Positions 39,549 through 50,116 of a stretch of DNA of 64,000 nt are shown here, one piece after another. The stretch comes from an uncultured delta proteobacterium (lineage in GTDB: Bacteria > Myxococcota > Myxococcia > SLRQ01). The position numbers and the translations under genes were made by a program. Position 1 is the stretch's first letter; each line of letters begins with the position of its first letter. The stretch is from assembly GCA_963727485.1 (NCBI GenBank), contig CAVSGM010000002.1, positions 1,696,001-1,760,000 of the forward strand, in the 5' to 3' direction. The notes beneath the pieces were generated by a model that saw only the letters and a list, made by a program, of their open reading frames with translations, made no database searches and was not told the DNA's origin.

Positions 39549-39568
39549 GGGCCGGCGCGCCGGGCGCC

Positions 39569-40627
39569 TCAGCGCTTCGCCAGCGCCTCGGCGGTCACCA
39601 CGCCCATCCGGTCCACCGCCTCGGCGGCGGCGCGCAGCACCCCGCCCATGCTCGCGAACCCGTGGATCAGCCCCGGGTGGTGGGCGTGGGTCACCGTCAC
39701 CCCGGCGGCGCCCAAGGCCTCGGCGTAGGCCCGGCCCTCGTCGCGCAGGGGATCGAAGCCGGCGGTGACCACGTGGGCCGGGGGCAGGCCCGAGAGGTCC
39801 TTCGCCAGCAGCGGCGAGGCCCGGGGATCGGTCAGGGCCTCGGGGCCCGGGAGGTAGCTGCCGAGGAACCAGTCCATGTCCGCCCGGGTGAGGAAGTAGC
39901 CCTCGGAGAGGTTCGCGTGGCTGGCGGTCTGCCGGCGCATGTCGGTGGCCGGGTAGATGAGCAGCTGGAAGCGGGGCAGGGGCAGGCCCTCGTCCCGGGC
40001 CACCTGGGAGACCACCGCCGCCAGGTTTCCCCCGGCCGAGTCGCCGCCGACGGCCACCCGGTCGGGATCGGCGCCGAGCTCGGGGGCGTGGACCCGCACC
40101 CACTTGTAGGCGTCCACCGCGTCGTCCACCGCCGCCGGGAACGGGTGCTCGGGGGCGAGGCGGTAGTCCACCGAGATCACCAGGGCGCCGGTGCGGTCGC
40201 AGAGGCCGCGGCACACCGCGTCGTAGGCCTCGAGGTCGCCGAGGACGAAGCCCCCGCCGTGGTAGTAGACCAGCACCGGCCGGGGGCCGTGGGCGGCGGG
40301 GTGGTAGAAGCGGGCGGGGATGTTGCCGCGGCGGCCGGGGAGGGTGCGGGTGGCGACCTCCTTCACCGGTCGGGGCGCTTCGGCCACCGCCCGGCTCTCG
40401 GTGCGCAGGGCCACCCGGGCCCTTGCCGCGCCCAGCTCCGGGAAGCCCGGGGTGTTGCGCAGGGCGTCGAGGCGGAGCATCGCCTGCACCTGGAGGTCGA
40501 GGGGGTCGCCCTCGTCATTGAGCCGCGGCGCGCCGGCGACCCGGCGGAGCAGCGGCGCCGGCAGGCCCAGGGTGGCCTTCAGGGAGGTGGCGAGGAGACG
40601 TCCGCCGAGACGGTCGAGCCCGAGCAT
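39569..40627 (-). CDS. HSL-family lipase/esterase (alpha/beta hydrolase)
   Basis: 'HGGGF', 'GDSAGG', 'DPLRDEG', 'HGF'. Confidence 0.93.
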   Translation of the reverse strand: MLGLDRLGGRLLATSLKATLGLPAPLLRRVAGAPRLNDEGDPLDLQVQAMLRLDALRNTPGFPELGAARARVALRTESRAVAEAPRPVKEVATRTLPGRRGNIPARFYHPAAHGPRPVLVYYHGGGFVLGDLEAYDAVCRGLCDRTGALVISVDYRLAPEHPFPAAVDDAVDAYKWVRVHAPELGADPDRVAVGGDSAGGNLAAVVSQVARDEGLPLPRFQLLIYPATDMRRQTASHANLSEGYFLTRADMDWFLGSYLPGPEALTDPRASPLLAKDLSGLPPAHVVTAGFDPLRDEGRAYAEALGAAGVTVTHAHHPGLIHGFASMGGVLRAAAEAVDRMGVVTAEALAKR

Positions 40628-40763
40628 GGCGCCCAGGCTAAATCAACGACCCCCATCCGACCATCCCGAATCTCGACGACGGATCCGTCACCTCCGCTCG
40701 TGACAAGCCCGGGGCTGCTTCCTGGTCGGGGTCGTAGTAGGCTCGGGGGCCGGAGGGGGTACG

Positions 40764-41321
40764 ATGAACGTCAAGGGAACCGCCTATCTCGCCCGGGTCT
40801 CCTACCTCAAGCAGTCCCTCGGTGAGGCCACCTGGGACGGGTTCATCGGCGAGTACGCCAAGCGGGTCCCGCGCTTCGCCGAGAACGTCCTGCCCACCAC
40901 CCGCATCCCCGCCCAGGACTTCCTCGCCCTCAACGACGAGATCGTCCGGCGGTTCTTCAAGGGCGACGAGAAGAGCTACTGGGCCATGGGCCTGGCCTCG
41001 GCGGAGTGGGGCCTGCGCCAGGGGCCCTACAAGAACTTCATCGACTCCAAGAACTACGAGCAGTTCCTCGCCACCGGCGCGGCCCTGTGGAGCGCCTACT
41101 TCGACGCCGGGGTGCTCAAGAGCTGGTGGGACGCGGGCCAGCACATGGGCGAGGCGACCATCGTCGAGGTGCCCATTCCCCACGTGTACTTCGAGTACGC
41201 GGTGATGGCCTACGTCGAGCGGGCCCTGGAGCTCACCGGGGCGACCATCCGCGAGACCCGTCGCCTCAAGGGCTTCTCCAAGGGCGACGACTCGGTGCAC
41301 TACCAGTTCGTGGTGGCCTAG
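40764..41321 (+). CDS. Hypothetical protein of the myxobacterial DUF2378/TIGR02265-like type
   Basis: 'VKG' start, 'LWSAYFDAG', strong codon bias; family assignment tentative. Confidence 0.65.
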   Translation: MNVKGTAYLARVSYLKQSLGEATWDGFIGEYAKRVPRFAENVLPTTRIPAQDFLALNDEIVRRFFKGDEKSYWAMGLASAEWGLRQGPYKNFIDSKNYEQFLATGAALWSAYFDAGVLKSWWDAGQHMGEATIVEVPIPHVYFEYAVMAYVERALELTGATIRETRRLKGFSKGDDSVHYQFVVA

Positions 41322-41325
41322 GCCG

Positions 41326-41934
41326 TCAGCGCCGCTCCACCTCGGGCCACCACCCCTCGAGGGCGGCGCGGACGAAGGGCAGCCGGTCCTGGCCCCAGAA
41401 CAGGCGTCCGTCGACCTCGAAGGTGGGGGCGCCGCAGACCCCGAGGCGCACCGCCTCGTCGGTGGCGTCCTTGAGGGCGGCCTTGGTCTCGGGGTCCTTG
41501 ATGCGCTCGAGGAGGTGGGCGTCGAGGCCGAGCTCGTCGACGACCGCCTTGAGCACCGCCGGGTCCGCCGGGTCCCGGTCCTCGACCCAGCACACCTCGA
41601 AGAGCCGGTCCACCACCAGGGGGGTGGCGTCGCCGGCGAGGAAGGTGAGGCGCAGGGCGGGGATGGTGTTGAGGGGGAAGCGCCGGGGCCAGTGAAAGGG
41701 CACGCCCAGGCGGTCGGCCCAGCGCCGCAGGTCCGCCGCGTAGTAGCGGCGCTTGGCCTCGGGGTAGGTGGCGAGGGGCACCATCGGGGTGCCGATGGAC
41801 TTGAACAGGCCCCCGAGGAAGAACGGCTGGTACTCGAGGAGGGCCTCGGTCTGGTGGGCGAGGTGCGCCACCTGGGTGGCGGCGAGGTAGGTGAAGGGGC
41901 TCGAGTAGTCGAACCAGAAGCCGAGCCGTCTCAC
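41326..41934 (-). CDS. 2-hydroxychromene-2-carboxylate isomerase / GST-kappa (DsbA-like)
   Basis: 'FWFDYSSPFTYL', 'GVCGAPTF.V...LFWGQDRL'. Confidence 0.9.
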   Translation of the reverse strand: MRRLGFWFDYSSPFTYLAATQVAHLAHQTEALLEYQPFFLGGLFKSIGTPMVPLATYPEAKRRYYAADLRRWADRLGVPFHWPRRFPLNTIPALRLTFLAGDATPLVVDRLFEVCWVEDRDPADPAVLKAVVDELGLDAHLLERIKDPETKAALKDATDEAVRLGVCGAPTFEVDGRLFWGQDRLPFVRAALEGWWPEVERR

Positions 41935-42530
41935 GCCGCACCCACCTTCCACCCGTGGAGGGCGCGCTCGACCAGCCCCAGGCGATCGACCCCCCAGTAG
42001 ACCTCGCCGTCGACCACGAAGCTCGGGGCCCCGAAGACCCCGGCGGCGACGGCGGCGTCGGTGCTCCTGCGCAGGGCGTCCTTGATCTCCTGGGTCCCGG
42101 CGCGCGCCACCACCGCCGCGCCGTCGAGGCCCGCGCCGTCGAGGGCCCCGGTCACGGCGGCGGGATCGGCGACGTCCACGCCGTCGACCCAGTAGGCGCG
42201 GAAGAGGGCCTCGGTGGCCGGCACCAGCTGACCGCCGGCGGCGAGGAGGGCGCGCATCGCCAGCACCGTGCGCCGGGGATGGGCCGCCTCGGGGTGGTTC
42301 AAGGGCACGCCGAGCCAGGCGGCCAACCGGGCGAGGTCGAGGCGGTTCATCTTGGCCCGGGCCTCGGCCTGGGGCGGCTGGTCGGGGGCGCCGATGGCCC
42401 GGTACACCCCGCCGAGGAGCATCGGCCGGTAGTGCAGGGTCGCCTCGGCGCGCGCCGCCACCCGGGCCACCTGGGTGCTGGCCAGGTAGGCATAGGGGCA
42501 CACGACGTCGTAGTAGAACGTGAGGTCCAT
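41931..42530 (-). CDS. Second HCCA isomerase / GST-kappa paralogue
   Basis: 'FYYDVVCPYAYL', 'GVFGAPSF.V...YWG.DRL'. Confidence 0.9.
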   Translation of the reverse strand: MDLTFYYDVVCPYAYLASTQVARVAARAEATLHYRPMLLGGVYRAIGAPDQPPQAEARAKMNRLDLARLAAWLGVPLNHPEAAHPRRTVLAMRALLAAGGQLVPATEALFRAYWVDGVDVADPAAVTGALDGAGLDGAAVVARAGTQEIKDALRRSTDAAVAAGVFGAPSFVVDGEVYWGVDRLGLVERALHGWKVGAA

Positions 42531-42533
42531 GGG

Positions 42534-42971
42534 TCACCGACGGTTGAAGGGACCGGCGGGCAGGTGGGCGTGGCACCACTGGCCCACGCCGTCCAGGGGC
42601 CCGAGGGAGGTCTCCTGGTAGACGGGCTTGCCCGAGGCCAGGGCCACCTCCTGGGCCCGGGTCAAGGGCGCCGGGTCGTCGACGAGGGTCTTGCCGTCGT
42701 TGAGCCACCCGAAGGCGAAGGTGGTGGCGGCGGTGAGGCCCACCAGCAGGGGGAGCTGGAGCTTCAGCAGGCCCTTGGCCCGGCCGAGGCGGCCCTCGGT
42801 CTCGAGGTAGACACCCACGGGCCAGAGGATCGGCATCGCCCACGAGAGGCGCAAGAGCCCGTCGGCGATGCCCTGGGGATCGGCGGCGCGGGAGTGGAGG
42901 TAGAGGACGGGGCCGAGGAGCGCGGAGCCGACGATGCCGAGGCTCGCCAGGAGGTTGCCCACCATCCGCAT
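42534..42971 (-). CDS. Hypothetical membrane protein
   Basis: Three hydrophobic segments; translationally coupled to its neighbours. Confidence 0.65.
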   Translation of the reverse strand: MRMVGNLLASLGIVGSALLGPVLYLHSRAADPQGIADGLLRLSWAMPILWPVGVYLETEGRLGRAKGLLKLQLPLLVGLTAATTFAFGWLNDGKTLVDDPAPLTRAQEVALASGKPVYQETSLGPLDGVGQWCHAHLPAGPFNRR

Positions 42972-43840
42972 CAGTTCAGGGGCCTGGGGCGCAGGCGCAG
43001 GCTGCGCAGGAGCTTCTCGGCGCGCTCGGCCTCGGGGCCCCTGGGCTCGAGCTCCAGGGCCCGCTCCAGGTCGTGGGTGGCGGCGGTGCCGGCGCCGAGG
43101 CTGGCGTGGAGCCGGCCGCGCTCCCGGAGCACCGCCGGGTCGTCGGGGTCGAGGAGCACCAGGCGGTCCTGGGCCCGGAGCGCCCGGGGCTCGTCCTCGA
43201 TCAGCAGGTACATCTGCCGGAGGTTCGCCAGGAGCCGGGCGAGGATCGCCCGGGGCCCGGTGGGGCGCAGCAGCGCCGGGTGGAAGGGCATCCGGCCCGA
43301 GGTCATCTCCCCGAGGAGGGTGACGCAGGCGTCCCGGTCGAGGAAGCGGCCCTGGTGGAAGGGATCGAGGATGAGGAAGCCGTCGTCGACCTCGCAGCGC
43401 ACCAGGAAGTGCCCGGGGAAGGCGACCCCCGAGGCCTCGACCTCGCAGCGCCGGGCCACCTCCACGTAGACGATGGCGAGGGTGAGCGGCAGGCCCTGGC
43501 GCCGGTCGAGGACCCGGGGGAGCAGGGCGTTGTCGAGGCGGTAGTAGTCGGCGTCGTCGCCCCGGAACCCGGCCTCGAGGAAGAGGACCTGGTGGAGGGC
43601 GACCAGGCGGTCGGGGACCGGGGTGCCGCTGGCGAGGTGGTCCTGCACCCGGCTGGCGAGGCGGTCGATCTCCTGGAGGTGGGGGGCCGGGTCGAGGGGA
43701 CGCTCCTCGAGGTCCTCGGCGGCGATGAGCAGGGCCCCGGTGACCAGGTCGATGGCCTCGTCGGGACCCGCGGCGAGTCGGGCGAAGGCGGCGCGGGTGG
43801 CGCTCGCCCGGGAGAGGTCGACGATCTGCGGCCCGGCCAT
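42971..43840 (-). CDS. SirB1/transglutaminase-like protein with TPR
   Basis: 'GFRGD..DYY...N..L..VL.RR.G.P..L', 'FPGHFLV', 'DPF'; C-terminal TPR. Confidence 0.88.
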   Translation of the reverse strand: MAGPQIVDLSRASATRAAFARLAAGPDEAIDLVTGALLIAAEDLEERPLDPAPHLQEIDRLASRVQDHLASGTPVPDRLVALHQVLFLEAGFRGDDADYYRLDNALLPRVLDRRQGLPLTLAIVYVEVARRCEVEASGVAFPGHFLVRCEVDDGFLILDPFHQGRFLDRDACVTLLGEMTSGRMPFHPALLRPTGPRAILARLLANLRQMYLLIEDEPRALRAQDRLVLLDPDDPAVLRERGRLHASLGAGTAATHDLERALELEPRGPEAERAEKLLRSLRLRPRPLN

Positions 43841-43903
43841 GGACACGATCCTAGACCACCGGCCGCCGGGGTGCACCCGCCGCAGGGCGGGATCCCCCCT
43901 CTT

Positions 43904-44338
43904 GTGTCGCGGCCGGTGCCGCCTAACGTCGACAAGGTGGCTCCTCGGCAGCTATCGGCGGAGATCGCCTTCTTCCTCGACCGCGCCTGCGACGGTCCGC
44001 CGCCCCTCGGCGGTCTCCTCGCCGGGCGGCTGGTGCGCCTCGCCGACGCGGTGGAGGATCAGCAGGCCGAGCTCCGCCAGGCGGGGGCCCTCTCGGAGCT
44101 CGCCTGGCAGGCGCCCCAGCTCATCCACGCCCACAACCGGGTGAAGCGGCGGCACGCCGACGTGGTCCGCCAGCTCCGGTGGCTCGCCGAGACCCTCGAG
44201 GACCGCTGCGCCGGCCACGCGCCGACCCGGGTGCTCGGGCTCCTGCGCCGGGCCCTCGACGACCTCGACGCGGCCAGCGAGGCGGAGACCCGGCTGGTCC
44301 TCGAGGCCTGGTGGCAGGAGACCGGGGCCGTCGATTAG
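43904..44338 (+). CDS. Hypothetical helical protein (hemerythrin-like fold possible)
   Basis: Helical bundle pattern ending 'E..L..EA...ETGAVD'; start uncertain. Confidence 0.5.
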   Translation: MSRPVPPNVDKVAPRQLSAEIAFFLDRACDGPPPLGGLLAGRLVRLADAVEDQQAELRQAGALSELAWQAPQLIHAHNRVKRRHADVVRQLRWLAETLEDRCAGHAPTRVLGLLRRALDDLDAASEAETRLVLEAWWQETGAVD

Positions 44339-44520
44339 GTACCCACACCCGGTTGATAGGGAAATTCCCGGTGTGTGACACGCAAAGCCTGCGTGAACAC
44401 CCGAGGAACGCGGGGATGGTGAAAAACCCCGTGGCCACGCGGCGCCGAATCGGTCTACCAATGAAGGTGGACCTGGTTCGTTGAGCGGCGGAAGGTCGCC
44501 CCGACCTGGCGGGAGGCTGG

Positions 44521-47077
44521 GTGGAAGAGCGCTTCGGGAAGTACCTCATCGAGAAACGGCTCGGGATCGGCGGCATGGCGGAGGTCTTCCGCGGTCGCCT
44601 CAAGGGCCTCGGCGGCTTCGACAAGCACGTCGTGGTCAAGCGCATCCTCCCCGAGCACCTCGATGACCCGGCGTTCGTCGAGATGTTCCTCGACGAGGCG
44701 CGGATCGCGGCGAACCTCTCGCACCCGAACATCATCCAGGTGTTCGAGATCGACGAGGTCGACGGGATCCCCTACATCGCCATGGAGTACGTGCGGGGGC
44801 CGACCCTCTCGCAGGTGCTCCGGGAGGCGCGGCGCCAGGGCAAGAGCCACCTGGGCCACCCGGCGCGGATCCTCTCGGCGGTCTGCGACGGCCTCCACTA
44901 CGCCCACAACGCCAAGGACCCCTCGGGGCGGCGGCTGGTCATCGTCCACCGGGACGTGACCCCCCAGAACATCCTCATCTCCCTCGAGGGCGTGCCCAAG
45001 ATCGTCGACTTCGGCGTCGCCAAGGCGAGGGGGCGCCTGGCCACCACCCAGGCGGGCATCCTCAAGGGCAAGCTGCGCTACATGCCCCCCGAGCAGCTCC
45101 AGTCGGGCCGGGAGCTCGACCACCGGGCCGACGTCTTCGCCGCCGGGGTGTGCCTCTACCGGGCCACCACCGGCCGCTTCCCCTTCGACGGGGCCAGCGA
45201 GCCCGAGGTGATGCACGCGGTCCTCGAGCGCCCCTGCCCGAGGCCCACCGAGGTGGTCCCCGGCTACCCCGAGGAGCTCGAGCGGGTGGTGCTCTGGGCC
45301 CTGGAGAAGGACCCCGAGGCCCGCTGCCCCACCGCCCGGGACCTCCACGAGGCCATCGAGGGCTTCCTCGCCAGCGGCGGCTACCCCCGGGGCACCCAGG
45401 CCGTCGCCGGGTGGCTCGGCGAGCTCTTCCCCGACTACGTCGAGCGGTCCTACTCGGGGACCTACGGCGTCCCCGGCACCCCGGTCTCGGGCTCCGGGTC
45501 GAGCGGCCTCGGCGGCCGGGGCGCCGGCGCCCAGGACCGACCCGGCACCCAGCTGGCGCCGCCACCGGCCCCCCTCGAGGCGGGCTTCGACATCGACGTC
45601 GAGCCCCCCGGGCTCGGCGCCCAGCGGCGTGGGGCCCTACGGCTCCCAGCCCAGCGGGGTGGGCGCCTTCGGTTCGGGGCCCAGCGGCGTGGGCGCCTTC
45701 GGCTCCGGGCCCAGCCAGGTGACCTCGGCCGGGACCTCCACGGCCTTCAAGGTGGCGGTGTCCCTGGGGGCGGTGGCCCTCCTGGTCGCGGTGGGCGTCA
45801 TCGGCTACCTCCTCGCCCGGCAGCCCGGCGCCCCGGCGCCGGCACCGGTGGTCGCGGCGCCGGCCAGGCCCGCCGGCCCCGACGCCAACGGCAACGCCAC
45901 CGCCTACCTCGACGAGGCGGAGCGCCTGGCCAAGGGCCATCGGTTCAAGAGCGCCCTGGCGCTCCTGGCCCAGGCCCGGCAGGCCAAGGCCACCGACGCC
46001 CAGGTGAACATCCGCCTCGCCCACCTCGAGGATCGGGTGGAGACCGACGCGGCCCTGGCCAGCGCCGAGCGCTACCTCTCCGCCGGGGACACCCAGGCCG
46101 CCATCGCCGCCGCCAAGGACGCCCTGGACCGCGACCCCGACGACGCCCGGGCCCTGGCCCTGCTGAAGAAGGCGAGCGCCGCCCGGGCCGGGGCCGCCGG
46201 GACGCCGGCGCTCCACGCCCGCAAGCCGGGGCGGCTCACCGTGACCTCGTCCCCCGAGGGGGCCATGGTCTACGTCGACGACGTCCCCGTGGGCCACACC
46301 CCCCTCCACGGCCACGGCGTCGATCCCGGGCGGCACGCCCTGGAGATCCGGCTGCGCGGCTACCGGACCGAGACCCGCCACCTCCGGGTGCGGGCCGGGC
46401 GCCGGACCTCGCTGCGGGTCCACCTGGCCGAGGGGGTGAAGCATCATCTCGCCGCCTCCGAGGTGGCCGAGGCCAGCCAGCCCGCGGCGCCCTCGCCCGC
46501 GGCCCCCGCCGACCCGGCGTCGCCGTCCAAGACGCCCTCGAAGGGTGCCGGGGCGGCCCTGGCGGGGGCGTCCCCGGCGTCGGGGTCCACCGCCAAGACC
46601 GTGGCCGCCCACGCGAGCCCCCCGGCCCCCAAGGCCGCGCCCCCGAAGGCCGCGCCCCCGAAGGCCGCGCCCCCGCCGCCCGCCGCGCCGGCGGTGAAGG
46701 TGGCCGCGGCGACGCCGGCCCCGTCCCCCGCGCCCGCCGGGCCGACCCCGGCCCACCCCCTGGCCCCGCGGCTCCCGAGCCTCTTCCACGCCCGGAGCAT
46801 GCAGGACCTCGCCCGGGCGGTGGGCGCGGTGGAGAGCGAGGCGGTGAAGCGCGCCGGGGTCCCCGGCCCGGTGGCCCGGAAGGTCGGGGGCCCCCTGCTC
46901 CATGCCCTGGTCCGCAGCTACTCACCGGGGACCACCACCGTCCTCTATCCCAAGGCCATGTACTACCTCGTCGTCCACGAGCTGGCCCGGGGGACCGACG
47001 TGGCCACCATCGGCGAGGACCTCAAGCGCCACCACTTCAGCGGCGCGTTCCAGGCCCACCCCGACCCGGCGCGGTGA
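44521..47077 (+). CDS. Membrane Ser/Thr protein kinase with TPR-like and PEGA domains (frameshift near 45600)
   Basis: 'LGIGGMAEV', 'HRDVTPQN', 'DFGVAK'; the second frame gives GPSGVGAFGS repeats, a TM, and PEGA 'L.V.S.P.GA.VYVD...G.TPL'. Confidence 0.88.
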
Positions 47078-47118
47078 CCGGCGCCACCCTTCCCTGAACC
47101 CGCACCTCGGAGGTCCTC

Positions 47119-48499
47119 GTGAAGCGCGTCTCCCGCGTCGTCCCCACCCTCGCGGCCGCGGTGTCCCTGCTCGCCGGCCCGGCGGTCGCCAGCGCCCAGG
47201 GCACCGGGACCGCCGGCCACCGCCGACAGCCAGACCACCGCGGACAAGCAGGCGAAGGGCGACACCGCTTCGGCGACGACGGGCGGCGCCACGACGGGCG
47301 GCGCCAAGGCGGCCCCGGGTGCCTCGAAGACGGCCGCCCCCGCGGCGGCGACGGCGACCGGGACCGCCGCGCCGCCGGCCGCCCCCGCCCCCGAGGAGAA
47401 CGTCCTCAGCGAGACCCCACCCTCGGGCGCCCCGGCCCCGGGCACCGCCAAGACCGCGACCGACACCCACAAGGGCGACGACACCAGCACCTTCGGCGCC
47501 GAGCTCCTGTCCCTGATGGGGGTGTCCGCCTCCTGGCACGGCTATGGCGACGTCCGCTTCCGCCTCAACCCCAGCGGCGACAAGGTCGGCGAGGAGTCGG
47601 TCTCCGACTTCGAGGCCTCGGCCAACCCCATCCTCACCGCCCGGATGGGCCAGTCCTTCAGCGCCGAGACCGAGTTCGAGCTGGCCACCGACACCGGGAT
47701 CGCCGCCGAGTACTACATCGTCGACTACACCGTGGCCCAGGCCTTCACCCTCCGGGCCGGGAAGTTCATCGCCCCCATCGGCCGGTACAACGAGGTGCTC
47801 CACCCGACCTTCCGGTGGGACATGATCAGCAAGCCGCTGATGTTCGAGGAGGTCATCCCCACCACCTGGACCCCGGTGGGGATCCAGGTCCGCGGGACGG
47901 TGACCCCGGCGGTGGGCACGGCCCTCCAGTACGCCGCCTACGTGTGCAACGGCTTCTCGGGCACCCAGGACTTCCGTAAGGCCCCGGCCATCCTCGACGC
48001 CATCCACGACGTCCTCCAGGACTCCAACAACGACAAGGCCGTCGGCGCCCGGGTGGGCTTCGCCTTCCTCCGCGGTCAGGACGTGGGCGACACCGAGATC
48101 GGGCTCTCGGGCTACACCGGGGCGGTGGATCCGGCGGCGGCCCAGCGCCTCACCCTCGTCGACCTCGACGTGCGGGTGAGGCTGGGCAAGGGGCTCATCC
48201 GCGCCGAGGTGGCCCAGAGCTTCCTCGGCCCCGACCGGAGCTTCGCCACCCCCTTCGAGCGCGGGGCCTACCTCGAGGCCGCGATGAACGTGGGCGAGGT
48301 GGACCTGGCGGTGCGCTACGACTACGCCGCCACCCGGCCCATGGACGGGGATCTGGTGACCGAGCAGCGCCTCGCCGCCTCGATCAAGTACGCGCCCTCG
48401 ACCTTCTGGAGCCTGCGCCTCGAGGCGGACGAGCCCATCGCCGACGCCGGGGGGAACACCATCCCCGACCTGCTCGCCTCCATCGCCTTCTCGTTCTAG
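47119..48499 (+). CDS. Outer-membrane beta-barrel/porin (frameshift near 47215)
   Basis: Signal peptide, Ala/Thr linker, 'LRAGKF..PIG.YN', 'D.NNDKA.G.R', C-terminal aromatic F. Confidence 0.75.
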
Positions 48500-48532
48500 C
48501 CCGCGTTCGCCTCGGGCGTGCGGGCGACCCGG

Positions 48533-49267
48533 CTAGCGCCGATCGCCGCCGCCGACGAACTGCAGGATGAAGAGGAAGAGGTTGATGAAGTCGAGGTAGA
48601 GGATGAGCGCGCCGAAGATGGCGAGCTTGCTCTCCGGGAGGGCGCCGGCCGCCGACATCCGCCGGAGCTTCTGCACGTCGTAGGCGGTGAGGAGGGTGAA
48701 GATCAGCACCCCGGCGGCGTCCGCCACGAACGCGAGCATGGCGCTGTGCAGGAAGATGTTGACGACCATGGCAATGATGAGCCCGAACAGGCCCATCATG
48801 GCGAAGTGGCCCATGCTGGTGAGGTCGCGCCTGGTGACCGTGCCCCACACCGCCATGGCCCCGAAGGTGCCGCCGGTGACCAGGAAGGCGGTCCCGATGT
48901 CGGTGGAGGTGTAGCGGAGGAACACCGAGGCCAGGGTGGCGCCGGTGACCGCCGAGTAGAGGATGAACAGGGCGGTGGCGGTGCCGGCGCTTATCTTCTT
49001 GATGCCCCAGCCGATGCCGAGCACCAGGCCGAACTCGGCGACGATCAGCACCAGGAAGAGCGGGGTGCCGAAGATGAGCTGGACCGCCGCCTTGGAGCGG
49101 GCCACCGACATGGCGACGACCCCGGTGATCGCCAGCCCGGCGGTCATCCACCAGTAGATCTCGCGCATGGCGCTGCCGACGTCGATCGCGGCGCGGCGCG
49201 CGGCGCCGGGCTGGCCGACGACGGGCTGGGCGAAGGGGTTGGGGCGGTTCTCGAAGTCGTAAGCCAT
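48533..49267 (-). CDS. Bax inhibitor-1 / YccA-family membrane protein
   Basis: 'Y.WM..GL..T', 'TAYDVQKL', 'GAL.LYLDFINLF'. Confidence 0.93.
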   Translation of the reverse strand: MAYDFENRPNPFAQPVVGQPGAARRAAIDVGSAMREIYWWMTAGLAITGVVAMSVARSKAAVQLIFGTPLFLVLIVAEFGLVLGIGWGIKKISAGTATALFILYSAVTGATLASVFLRYTSTDIGTAFLVTGGTFGAMAVWGTVTRRDLTSMGHFAMMGLFGLIIAMVVNIFLHSAMLAFVADAAGVLIFTLLTAYDVQKLRRMSAAGALPESKLAIFGALILYLDFINLFLFILQFVGGGDRR

Positions 49268-49448
49268 GGTGCGCGTTTCCCTCGTTTCCGGGGCGGGGTC
49301 AAGGTGGCCAACCTCCCGGTGGCCTGGGGGATTCCGCGGGGCGGACGGGCCGGACGCCACGGGGTAGGTCCCTCGGGTACAACGTGTGTCCCATCTTGGC
49401 GCAGCGTGTCGCCCGTGGTAGCCATGGGAGCGGGGAGGAACCTTGCCG

Positions 49449-50063
49449 ATGGAGAACATCACACCGGCCGCCGGGGCGCTCACGCCCTTCTCCGGCCAGC
49501 GCTTCCTGGCCCGCAAGAAGGTCTTCAAGGTCTTCGGCGGCGCCTACTACCTCTTCGACGTCGACGGGGAGACCCTGCGCTTCTACGTCGACCAGAAGGC
49601 CTTCAAGCTCCGGGAGCAAATCACCGTCTACCGCGACGAGTCGATGCAGGCGCCGATGCTCGAGATCCGGGCGCGGAAGATCATCGACTTCTCGTCGGCC
49701 TACGACGTGACCACCCCCGAGGGTGAGCGGGTGGGGACGCTCCGGCGCAAGGGCCTCAAGAGCATGATCCAGGATGAGTGGGACATCCTGGGGCCGGGCG
49801 AGCAGCCCATCGGCCTGGTCAAGGAGGACTCGCTGCTCCTGGCGATGCTCCGGCGCTTCCTCTCCAACCTCATCCCCCAGCGCTACGACGTCACCGTCGG
49901 GGGGCAGGTGGTGGCCAGCTTCTCCCAGCGCTTCAACCCGTTCATCTTCAAGATGGACGTCGACTTCTCCCCCGACGGCGCCGGTCTCCTCGACCGCCGC
50001 CTGGGGATCGCCGCGGTGATCCTGCTGCTGGCCATCGAGGGCCGGCAGGGCGAGTACGATTGA
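49449..50063 (+). CDS. LURP-one/scramblase (tubby-like) protein
   Basis: 'QKAFKLREQI.V', 'I.ARKIIDFS.AYDV', 'LDRRLGIA...LL.AIEGRQ'. Confidence 0.8.
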   Translation: MENITPAAGALTPFSGQRFLARKKVFKVFGGAYYLFDVDGETLRFYVDQKAFKLREQITVYRDESMQAPMLEIRARKIIDFSSAYDVTTPEGERVGTLRRKGLKSMIQDEWDILGPGEQPIGLVKEDSLLLAMLRRFLSNLIPQRYDVTVGGQVVASFSQRFNPFIFKMDVDFSPDGAGLLDRRLGIAAVILLLAIEGRQGEYD

Positions 50064-50116
50064 TCGCGCCGGGTGGCCGGTGATCGCGCGGGACCGCCGG
50101 CGGGCCTAGGATCGCG

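Noticed and set aside
44350..44460. c-di-GMP-I riboswitch-like 'ACGCAAAGCC' upstream of the kinase
   Set aside because: Lacks the GGCAAAC..GNRA P2 hairpin and the tetraloop-receptor P3; only a short match.
45610..46680. Coding repeats in the kinase (GPSGVGAFGS, PPKAA)
   Set aside because: Ordinary low-complexity linkers; no evidence of a separate element.
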